Assembly: GCA_964531595.1 (NCBI GenBank)
Contig: CAZHDQ010000001.1
Coordinates: 1 to 24,737, forward strand
DNA length: 24,737 nucleotides
Direction of reading: 5' to 3'
DNA from: an uncultured Anaeromyxobacteraceae bacterium
GTDB taxonomy: Bacteria > Myxococcota_A > UBA9042 > DTJE01
Of this stretch, positions 16,861 through 24,565 are shown one piece after another (position 1 is the stretch's first letter; each line of letters opens with the position of its first letter). Under the pieces are notes generated by a model. That model was not told the origin of the DNA. It made no database searches and saw only the letters and a list, made by a program, of their open reading frames with translations. Both the position numbers and the translations under genes were made by a program.

Positions 16861-19055
16861 GTTTCCTCGCGCTTGCCCAGGGGACGGGGTTCCAGGAACT
16901 TCGTGATCTCGACGGTTTCAAGGATTCCAGCAGCGTTGCAGGCCTGGGCGAAATGGACACGGGGCGCGCCTCGCAGCGATTCCAGTTCCGGGTCGTGGTT
17001 GCCGACGACAGCGGCCCAGGTGTTCAGACGCAGCATATCCTCGTCGTTGCCCGAGTCGCCCGCCACCAACACCTGGTCCGGGTCCAGGCCCCATTTCACC
17101 ATCACGTAGCGCACCGCGGTACCCTTCGACGCCCGCAGCGGCAGTACGTCTACATGGCGACTGTGCGACGCAATCACGTGGGCGCGGATGCCCCGCTCCC
17201 GCAGGTGCAGCACAATCCGGCGCCGGTCGGGTGCCTCGCCCCCCGTTGCGTTGAAACTGACCTTGAAGCGGCGCTGCTCCGACGCCGGTTGCTCGACCAG
17301 CCACGGTAGTTCGCCCATCGCCGCAAGCACCGCGTCCCGATCCCAGCGCCAGTCCAGGTGGCGCTCCCAGACATCGTCAGCCACCAGACGCGCGCCGTAG
17401 TGGATTTCCGCGCCGACCGATGTGATCCAGACGTCCGGTTCGGGCACACCCCACTCCTTCAGCACCTTGCGAGCACTAGCCAACGTTCGCCCCGTGGCGA
17501 CGCCCAATCCGGTGGGCATCGGCGCGCCATCCAGGCGGCCCAGCAAGGCTCGCAGCCCGTCCCGATCGCCCAACAGCGTCCCGTCCAGGTCCGCTATCAC
17601 CAACCGCTTCAGGCGAGGCAACCGGACCGGTCGCAAGGCCCGGATCGTCCGCTTCCATTTTTTTTGAACCGCGTGGATCCGTGAAACGTACTGCTGGACG
17701 TGCCCCGCCCAGGTGTAGGCTCGGCTGGCATTACGTACCCCGCTGCGAGACCACGTTTTCCAGCGCCCGCGGTCCGACAACGCATCCATGATCGCGTCGC
17801 CCATCGCCGCCGTTTCCAGCGGGTCGACCAGGACGCCATTGTGGCAATGCGACAGGATTTCCTTGGGACCACCGTCGTTCGTGGCGACGACCGGCAGGCC
17901 ACTGGCCGCCGCCTCCAGCAGGGTCAGGCCAAATGGCTCGGTCAGGGCCGGATTGACGAAGACTCCATACGAGCGGGCGGCAGCCCGATAGACATCCGGC
18001 ACCTCGTCACGTCGATGGGCCCTGGGCAGCGCCACGGACCCGTACAGGTCCTGGGAGTCCACCTCGTGCAACACATCGGTCAACACGCGTGCGGGCTCGT
18101 CGTCCATCGCTCGGATGTCGTCGCGGTTGCCCAGGAACAGGACCAGGTTGGCCCGACGCCGCAACTCAGGATGCTGCCCAAAGGCACGCACGAGGCCGGG
18201 TACATTCTTGCGCTCATCGGCGCGCGACAGGGCCAGGACCATGGGCAGGCGCGGATCCCGCAAGAAGCGGCCGATTTCGTCCTCGATAGGGGCCCGTCCC
18301 TCGAACCGTCGTAGCGGCCGGAAGTGTGCCAGGTCCACCCCAGGCGGGATCACACGGGCATGCTTGGCCCGGAAGTTTGAGTACAGGCCGTATTGCTCCT
18401 TGATCTCCTGGGCAGTGCTGGCCACCAGGATCTTCGCAGCATCCAGGGCCGTTTCCTCGGCCTCGATACGCGTCGAAATATTGTACCTTTCCTCGATGAC
18501 CCGAACGTCCAGGCCCCGCGCTTGCAGTCGCTGACGCTTAACGCGGCCCAGCGAGTGCCCGGTAAAGCCCATCGGCACCCCCAGCAGAGCGGCCAGTCGC
18601 GACGCAGCCAATCCGCCGTCGGCATAGTGCCCGTGCACCAGGTCCGGGAACCGGTCAATGCGCCGCAGGTGGGCCAGGACGCCGTCCACCAGTTCGTCCA
18701 GATACGGCCACAGGACCTCCTTGCGCAGGTAACGCCGGGGACCGAACGGCACACGGATCAACCAGGCGCACTCGGCCAAGCGCTCCTCGGGCTCGGCATA
18801 GACGGGATCGACCTTCCGGTCGAAGATTTGGCGCGTGAACAGATCGACCCGCTCCACGTCTGGGTGCGCCGAAAGCGCCCTGGCCAGATCCACAACGTAC
18901 TGGACCTGCCCACCGGTGTCCGCGTCGCGTCCCAGTTCGATTTGTTCGCCACGGACCAGGCCGTGGACGCTTAGCATCACAACGTACAGACGCCCGTCGG
19001 CCATGGGGGCATCTGTCGGCTTTGCCGCTTGTTCGGGGATGGAAGTCTCCTGCAT
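16857..19055 (-). CDS. sps: Sucrose-phosphate synthase fused to a sucrose-phosphate phosphatase (HAD-IIB) domain (732 aa)
   Basis: 'LSVHGLVRGEQIELGRDADTGGQVQYV', 'PDLVHGHYADGG', 'LSRADERKN', 'EPFGLTLLEAAASGLP'. HAD motif I 'ADLDGTL' and motif IV 'GDSGND'. Start moved from 19424 to ATG 19055, which has a GGGAG RBS. Confidence 0.93.
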   Translation of the reverse strand: MQETSIPEQAAKPTDAPMADGRLYVVMLSVHGLVRGEQIELGRDADTGGQVQYVVDLARALSAHPDVERVDLFTRQIFDRKVDPVYAEPEERLAECAWLIRVPFGPRRYLRKEVLWPYLDELVDGVLAHLRRIDRFPDLVHGHYADGGLAASRLAALLGVPMGFTGHSLGRVKRQRLQARGLDVRVIEERYNISTRIEAEETALDAAKILVASTAQEIKEQYGLYSNFRAKHARVIPPGVDLAHFRPLRRFEGRAPIEDEIGRFLRDPRLPMVLALSRADERKNVPGLVRAFGQHPELRRRANLVLFLGNRDDIRAMDDEPARVLTDVLHEVDSQDLYGSVALPRAHRRDEVPDVYRAAARSYGVFVNPALTEPFGLTLLEAAASGLPVVATNDGGPKEILSHCHNGVLVDPLETAAMGDAIMDALSDRGRWKTWSRSGVRNASRAYTWAGHVQQYVSRIHAVQKKWKRTIRALRPVRLPRLKRLVIADLDGTLLGDRDGLRALLGRLDGAPMPTGLGVATGRTLASARKVLKEWGVPEPDVWITSVGAEIHYGARLVADDVWERHLDWRWDRDAVLAAMGELPWLVEQPASEQRRFKVSFNATGGEAPDRRRIVLHLRERGIRAHVIASHSRHVDVLPLRASKGTAVRYVMVKWGLDPDQVLVAGDSGNDEDMLRLNTWAAVVGNHDPELESLRGAPRVHFAQACNAAGILETVEITKFLEPRPLGKREET

Positions 19056-19289
19056 GTCGCTCCCTGAGGTCAAAACTATCGCCTGGACCGTCCGCGAGGA
19101 GGGCATCGTCGAGTGCGCCAAGAAGCGGGATGTCGGCCCGGAATTAGTGTCCCAGGATATCACATCGAGATTGATTTCCCTATCCATCCGGCGCCATCCC
19201 GTCCACCCAACGAATGCCTCGATGGGGTCCCCCTTTGACTCACAGGGACATCCTGGCACTACGGCAGCATGCGCTACGGGCTCTCGCAA

Positions 19290-19318
19290 TTGACGGTCCG
19301 GCGGCCCTTCCTTAGCAT
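19290..19318 (+). promoter_or_regulatory. sigma70-type promoter for the PG-binding metallopeptidase operon
   Basis: TTGACG-N17-TAGCAT, with a GGAGGG RBS at 19360-19365 before ATG 19372. Confidence 0.65.
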
Positions 19319-19371
19319 GGAATCGTCGTATCCAGTCGTGAAATCCCCGTCCGGATTCCGGAGGGTCACCG

Positions 19372-21378
19372 ATGCCACCGACGTTTGAACCGGAGAGCAA
19401 GCGGCCGATTGAGCCGGCCCGCAAACCGAAGCAAGGGTCTGCGACGACAAGGGGAACGGCCGGCGTGCGCCAGCGACTGCGGGGGATGGGCTACGAGGAG
19501 GGGCGTGCCCTGCTGAGCCCCGGGGGATCCGACTCCGACACGCCTTCCGAATCGGTCCTGGGACCGGCGGCGGACACCACACCTCCCGGCGGCACGACAC
19601 CGGTCGAGCCGGGTGGAGTGTCATCGATCCCCCCAGAGCAGCGCCGACTGGTCCGGGCCGGAAGCCAGGGAAAGGAAGTCGCCTACGCCCAGGAACGCCT
19701 GAACGCCCATGGGGCGCAGCCGCTCCTGGCCGTGGACGAGATGTTCGGACCGCTCACGCGCAAGGCGTTGTTGGACTACCAGAACTCGCACGCACTGAAG
19801 GCAGACGCGGTCGTGGGCCCGCGCACCTGGGCATCGCTGGACGGTCCGGCCGACGTGGGGAAGTCGCAGGGCGCCGGCACGGGAGGCGGCGCGGGCGGGC
19901 CGGGGTCGACAGTGCTGCTGTATGACAACGCGGTTCACCCCCTCAACCCGCCGGCCCCGGGCACCAAGAAGGACGTGCCCATCGCCGAGATCAAGTCGAA
20001 GCAGGGGACCAAGTCGCCGGAGCTGGGCAAGACCATCAAGGTCGACGGCGCGGCCGCGGGAAGCGAGGCCGAGGTGCACCTGTACAACGTGATCGCGCAA
20101 CTCGGCGCGCGCTCGCAGTGGGGCTCGGAAAGCGACATGGTCACGCAGATCGGTTACGCGCCCAGGGGGGGAGGGCCGGCTCCCAGGGGCCGCGTCACCT
20201 TGCGGATCGACGGGGCTGGTAACGCCACGGCGTCCCTGGTCGGCTCGGGGCCGGCCACGGTGGCGGCCACGTTCAAGGACATCGCGACCGGCAAGGCTGG
20301 GCTGAAGACGAACTTCGGCTTCTCGTTTGTCGAGGACGGCGACGCGACCTGGACCCTCGACGAACTCAACAAGATCCAGGCGGCCCTGTCCCGCCTTTCG
20401 GGCAAGGAGAAGGCGGCCCTGAGCGGGGTCGTGCTGAAGCGGATGCACTCGATCGAGAGGGGCGGCCAGGCGCTCAGCGGGTTGTACGAGACCAGCCAGA
20501 AGTTCTCCGACGACAAGAAGGCCGCGACGAGCGCCGCGACCCTGAGCTTGGCAGACGCCGCATTCTCGTCCGACCTCAGCAACTTCATCGGCGATCAAAC
20601 TGACGCCGCGCCGGCGAGCTTCCAGACCATCCTCCACGAAGTCGGGCACGCAGTGGAGGGCGCCGAGGAGTTCAGGACCACGGCAGCCCGCAACGAGGCC
20701 CAGGCCGACGTCAACCGCAAGATCGAACCGTTCAACGCACAGGTGGCGAAGGCCGCCCCGCTGTTCGGGGCTCTGAACACCGCACACAACGCCGCGAACC
20801 AGAAGGCCGCCAAGTACCCGAAGGCCCAGCAGGGGGCGTCTGCCGCGTACAAAGGGGCGATGCGCCAGGCGACCAACACGATCGAGGCGTTCTCCAACAA
20901 TCGGAGCGGCGGCAACATCGCCACCATGGAGGCAACGGCGAACACGGCGATCGCGAACCGAGACACCCAGCGTGTGGCGCTGGACAAGGCGTCTTCGTCG
21001 AAGCACCCTGCGCTGACCGACTACTCGGCAGTGGAAACGCGGCAAGGCGATCTGATGGCAGTGGCCAAGCGCGAACAGGCGGCGCTGGGCGTGGTCGAAG
21101 CGGCCCGGGAAAAGTTGCGTGCGGCCGAGACCGCAGTGGCGGCCACCAAAAGCGGCAGCCGGACGGTGCGATTGAAGGCGTTCGCCGACCTGGTCGCCAA
21201 GGAGAAGATCCCCCCCTTGACGAAGTACGCCCAGAATGAGACCAAGAAGAAGGCGTCCACGGGAATCGCGGAGTTCTACGCGGAAGCGTTCTCGCTGTTC
21301 CACGCGGATCCGACGTACCTGAAGTCGCAGGCGCCCAAGCTCTTCGACTTCTTCGACAAAGGGGAGCACGTGAAATGA
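19372..21378 (+). CDS. Peptidoglycan-binding (PG_binding_1) domain protein with a C-terminal HExxH zinc metallopeptidase (anthrax-lethal-factor-like motif arrangement); putative effector
   Basis: PG-binding 'GSQGKEVAYAQERLN...VDEMFGPLTRKALLDYQ..HALKADAVVGPRTWASL'. HEVGH at 20635-20649 and 'TKYA...EFYAEAF' (EFYAEAF at 21271-21291). No signal peptide. Confidence 0.78.
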   Translation: MPPTFEPESKRPIEPARKPKQGSATTRGTAGVRQRLRGMGYEEGRALLSPGGSDSDTPSESVLGPAADTTPPGGTTPVEPGGVSSIPPEQRRLVRAGSQGKEVAYAQERLNAHGAQPLLAVDEMFGPLTRKALLDYQNSHALKADAVVGPRTWASLDGPADVGKSQGAGTGGGAGGPGSTVLLYDNAVHPLNPPAPGTKKDVPIAEIKSKQGTKSPELGKTIKVDGAAAGSEAEVHLYNVIAQLGARSQWGSESDMVTQIGYAPRGGGPAPRGRVTLRIDGAGNATASLVGSGPATVAATFKDIATGKAGLKTNFGFSFVEDGDATWTLDELNKIQAALSRLSGKEKAALSGVVLKRMHSIERGGQALSGLYETSQKFSDDKKAATSAATLSLADAAFSSDLSNFIGDQTDAAPASFQTILHEVGHAVEGAEEFRTTAARNEAQADVNRKIEPFNAQVAKAAPLFGALNTAHNAANQKAAKYPKAQQGASAAYKGAMRQATNTIEAFSNNRSGGNIATMEATANTAIANRDTQRVALDKASSSKHPALTDYSAVETRQGDLMAVAKREQAALGVVEAAREKLRAAETAVAATKSGSRTVRLKAFADLVAKEKIPPLTKYAQNETKKKASTGIAEFYAEAFSLFHADPTYLKSQAPKLFDFFDKGEHVK

Positions 21379-21836
21379 GGGCTGACCGGTCGATCGCCCT
21401 GGCGGTGATCCTGGCAGGCTGCTCCGGGGCAGTGACCGGGACCGGACCCGGGCACGCGGGAGGGGAACCCATGGAATTCCAGGCACCCGGTCCCTTGGCT
21501 CTGTATGGATGGCTGGTCCCGGGCGGGACCGAGCCGGTTCCCTCCGCGTTCGGGGAGGCCGCCGGCCGGTTCGAGCAGGCGAAGGCCGAATATGAGGCGG
21601 GCAGGTGGCGAGCCGCGGCCCGGGCGTTTTTGGACGCGGCGGCACTCCTGCCCCGCGGGCCGGGCCCCCACTCGTCGATCTCGGGCGCCGACCGCGGGGT
21701 GTCGTACCGCAACGCCGAATCGTCGTTCCAAATGGCCGGGGACACCGAGGAGGCGCGACGGACCTTCGAGGCCCTCGCCGCGTCGGACCCCGACTGCGCG
21801 GGGCCCCTGGGCGAAATCCTGGCCCGCCTGCGCTAG
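21375..21836 (+). CDS. Small lipoprotein with TPR-like helices; candidate immunity/partner protein
   Basis: ATGA overlap with the upstream gene; lipobox ILAG-C; helical 'RFEQAKAEYEAGRWRAAARAFLDAA' and 'YRNAESSFQMAGDTEEARRTFEAL'. Confidence 0.75.
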   Translation: MRADRSIALAVILAGCSGAVTGTGPGHAGGEPMEFQAPGPLALYGWLVPGGTEPVPSAFGEAAGRFEQAKAEYEAGRWRAAARAFLDAAALLPRGPGPHSSISGADRGVSYRNAESSFQMAGDTEEARRTFEALAASDPDCAGPLGEILARLR

Positions 21837-22112
21837 TACTAGCGTGTTGCAAACCATCTAGTCAGCCTATTGCGTATTTGTGCGGCCAATCCTTGCTCGG
21901 GTAGGGTCGGCGCCCGCGTTGGCGGCGAGTGTGCGCGACGGTGCCTGCAGTACAGGCACCACTCCAGTTTTTGCATCAGGTGGCGGGCGATCTCGACGCG
22001 GGTAGTACCGCTCGAGTCGCCAGCGCAGCTTCGCCCGGCGGACGAGCGTAGTGAAGTCGGTGTCGGCGGGCTCCGTAGCCAGCCAGTACTTGGCCGGCTC
22101 CTCCTCGGTCAT
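21833..22112 (-). mobile_element. IS701-family insertion sequence remnant (3' end of transposase, internally deleted)
   Basis: Minus strand encodes 'EEEPAKYWLATEPADTDFTTLVRRAKLRWRLERYY' (IS701-type catalytic-E region). A second frame from 22003 gives 'TRVEIARHLMQKLEWCLYC...' to TAG at 21839-21841, followed by TAC-TAG at the CTAG site 21833-21836. Confidence 0.8.
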
Positions 22113-22116
22113 CCGT

Positions 22117-22304
22117 GTCCACCGGATCGTGAAGGACCTGCCCGGGGGCGTGTCGCGCGTCGAGGCGACCTCCTTCTTCCCTCCTTCTTCAAGTACTACG
22201 GCTGGGGTTCGTGGGCGGCCAGCAAGGCAGAGGACGGCATGAGCGCATGGATTCAAACAAAATACTCGAATCTGAGGAGGAAGTTCGTCAAGAGGTGCCA
22301 GTAG
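22117..22304 (+). pseudogene. Orphan 3' gene fragment frameshifted by an exact 11-bp tandem duplication
   Basis: CCTCCTTCTTC occurs twice in tandem (22169-22179, 22180-22190). Removing one copy gives a continuous 58-aa frame VHRIVKDLPGGVSRVEATSFFKYYGWGSWAASKAEDGMSAWIQTKYSNLRRKFVKRCQ-stop with coding-like codons. Confidence 0.55.
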
Positions 22305-22653
22305 TTCTTCCCTGATCTTGCAAGCACGACTGGATACGATGAAATCGCGCTCAGACCGGCGCTGAAGCCATGGGCGGTGCCTTCCTGACCCGAGACTCAG
22401 GTCAGGCAGGGGGCCCGCTCCAGGCACGGTTCACGAGGTTCACGGAGGTGGTAGCGAGGGAGGTGCGCCTTCAGTGCTATTGATTCTGCATCTCGCGTAC
22501 AGTCAACTGACCCCGAGTGTGCAGCAGTGATCGCCGCGATCCTTGATTCGCTGCCACGGCCGTAGGGCGAAGAACGCCCATCCACCGCAAGATCCGGGTC
22601 GCAAATGGCAGCCGCAGGCGGCACAATCACCACGGGCAGATCGCGAGAGCTTG

Positions 22654-23499
22654 ATGAACGGCGGGGATTACACGCGGGTGGCTGCAGCGATCCGGTTCCT
22701 GGAGGCGCACGCCGTCCAGCAGCCTGGCCTCGCTGATGTCGCTGCGCACGTGGGGTTAAGCGAATTCCATTTCCACAGGCTGTTCAAACGCTTGGCCGGG
22801 GTGACTCCCAAGGACTTCCTTCGGGTCCTGACCCTGGCGAGGGCGAAGCGACTGCTGGCGGAAAACCATGGCGTGCTGGAAACGTCCATCGACGTCGGGC
22901 TATCGGGCCCGTCGCGACTGCACGACCTGTTCACGGGGCTGGAGGGCATGACGCCCGGGACCTTCCGGCGTGGTGGCCAGGGCCTCATCGTTCGTTGGGG
23001 CATATTCCCGACCCCGCTGGGGGCCGCAGTGTTCGCGGCAACTGACGCGGGGCTGTGCGCAGCGGCGTTCCTGGGAGACAACGAGGATCCGGAAGCAAAC
23101 CTGCGGTCGCGGTGGCCAAAGGCGACCCTGGTGAAGGAACCGGAGGCAGTGCGGATGGACGCAGAGGAGGTCGCGGCGCGGATGCGTGGGGACCCCGGGC
23201 GGCCGCTGTCTTTGGCAATGCAGGGGACCCCGTTCCAGATGCTGGTTTGGCAGGCCCTGGTGGCGATCCCCGAGGGGCGCGTGACGACCTACGGGGCACT
23301 GGCCTCGGGCCTGGGTATGCCGTCGGCTTGCCGTGCCGTGGGTGCGGCGGTCGGGGCGAACCCGATCGCCTACCTGATTCCATGCCACCGGGTGATCCGC
23401 TCGACCGGGGCCGTGGGCGACTACCGGTGGGGCTGCGACCGGAAGATTGCGCTGCTGGCCATGGAAGGGGCACGACACCTCGATTGGCTGACAAAATGA
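22654..23499 (+). CDS. Bifunctional AraC-type HTH / methylated-DNA--protein-cysteine S-methyltransferase (Ada-like, no N-terminal Zn domain)
   Basis: 'LADVAAHVGLSEFHFHRLFKRLAGVTPK' (AraC HTH), 'GTPFQMLVWQALVAIPEG..TTYG', active site 'IPCHRV'. Likely start is ATG 22654. Confidence 0.93.
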   Translation: MNGGDYTRVAAAIRFLEAHAVQQPGLADVAAHVGLSEFHFHRLFKRLAGVTPKDFLRVLTLARAKRLLAENHGVLETSIDVGLSGPSRLHDLFTGLEGMTPGTFRRGGQGLIVRWGIFPTPLGAAVFAATDAGLCAAAFLGDNEDPEANLRSRWPKATLVKEPEAVRMDAEEVAARMRGDPGRPLSLAMQGTPFQMLVWQALVAIPEGRVTTYGALASGLGMPSACRAVGAAVGANPIAYLIPCHRVIRSTGAVGDYRWGCDRKIALLAMEGARHLDWLTK

Positions 23500-23511
23500 T
23501 TGGAGTAGCGA

Positions 23512-24558
23512 ATGCCTCGATTTCCCGGTGATCCCGTCCCCGTGCTGTTCCACCCTGCCCAGATGGCCCACCAACCATTGCTGGAGTGGGCCTTTGGGAA
23601 GCGAATGCGTCACCCCGAGACGTCTCGGCGCGCCGAACGCATCCTGGCGACGCTGGCCCGGCATCCTCGGACCTTCCCCATCCAGCAGCCTGCGCGGATG
23701 CCCGTGGCGCTGATCCGGCGGGTACACCACCATCGACTGCTGACGCTGTACCAAACGGCGCAGGGGCTGCCCGAGGGCGAAACCTTCTACCCAAGCGTCT
23801 TCCCGAAGCGGTCCCAGTGCGTCGGCGATCCCTTCGACATCCACCAGGCGGGCTATTTCTGCTTCGACTCGGGCACCCCCCTGCATGCCCGAACCTGGGA
23901 TGCCGCCGCCTGGAGCGCCGCCTGCGCCGTCGAGGCCGCAGCGCTGGTGGCCCGCGGTACCACGCGCTTGGCCTACGCCCTGTCCAGACCGCCTGGTCAC
24001 CACGCATCCCGGGACCTGATGGGCGGCTATTGCTATCTGAACAACGCCGCCGTGGCTGTCGAGCGGCTGCGCCGCCTGGGACGTGTCGCCGTACTGGACA
24101 TCGATTTCCACCACGGCAACGGGACGCAGGCGATCTTTTGGCGCGATCCCGACGTTTTGTACGTGTCGATCCACGGAGACCCGCGCCAGTTCTATCCGTT
24201 CTTCAGCGGATACGCATCCGAGACAGGTGCCGGCCGAGGCGCCGGGACCACCTTGAACCTGCCGCTTCCAGCGGGCACGACCGGCGACCAGTACCTGGAC
24301 GTGCTGAACCGCGAGGCACTGCCGGCCATCGCCGCCTTCGACCCGACTATGCTGGTGGTTTCCGCCGGCTTCGACACATGGCGCAACGACCCCATTGGGG
24401 ACTTCGCGCTTGAAACCGACGACATGGAGCGCCTGGGCGAGGCAATCGGTGCCCTTGGGCGACCCGCAGTCGTCGTCCAGGAAGGCGGCTACGCGACCGA
24501 GGCCCTGGGCCACAACGTCGTGGCCTTCCTGTCGGGCATGCGTCGGGGCGGCGGGTAG
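23512..24558 (+). CDS. Histone deacetylase-family protein / acetylpolyamine amidohydrolase-like
   Basis: 'HPETSRR', 'RPPGHHA...GGYCYLNNAAVA', 'LDIDFHHGNGTQ', 'SIHGDP', 'SAGFDT..NDP', 'QEGGY'. GGAG RBS 12 nt after the ada stop. Confidence 0.93.
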   Translation: MPRFPGDPVPVLFHPAQMAHQPLLEWAFGKRMRHPETSRRAERILATLARHPRTFPIQQPARMPVALIRRVHHHRLLTLYQTAQGLPEGETFYPSVFPKRSQCVGDPFDIHQAGYFCFDSGTPLHARTWDAAAWSAACAVEAAALVARGTTRLAYALSRPPGHHASRDLMGGYCYLNNAAVAVERLRRLGRVAVLDIDFHHGNGTQAIFWRDPDVLYVSIHGDPRQFYPFFSGYASETGAGRGAGTTLNLPLPAGTTGDQYLDVLNREALPAIAAFDPTMLVVSAGFDTWRNDPIGDFALETDDMERLGEAIGALGRPAVVVQEGGYATEALGHNVVAFLSGMRRGGG

Positions 24559-24565
24559 GTTGCGA

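Noticed and set aside
19056-19424. N-terminal extension of SPS given by the ORF track
   Set aside because: No SPS similarity, it overlaps the divergent promoter and start of the 19372 gene, and ATG 19055 has a good RBS.
19621-21852. 743-aa antisense ORF opposite the metallopeptidase
   Set aside because: Shadow ORF from strong GC3 bias of the real plus-strand genes; Arg/Gly/Pro-rich with no domain signal.
22384-22406. Hairpin CCTGACC-N9-GGTCAGG as an intrinsic terminator
   Set aside because: Only 7 bp with a 9-nt loop and no U-tract on either strand.
22560-22625. c-di-GMP-I riboswitch (GGGCGAA...GGGTCGCAAA resembles the GEMM core)
   Set aside because: The GCAA is not closed by a proper stem and the downstream P1/receptor elements are not evident; only a covariance-model search could rescue it.
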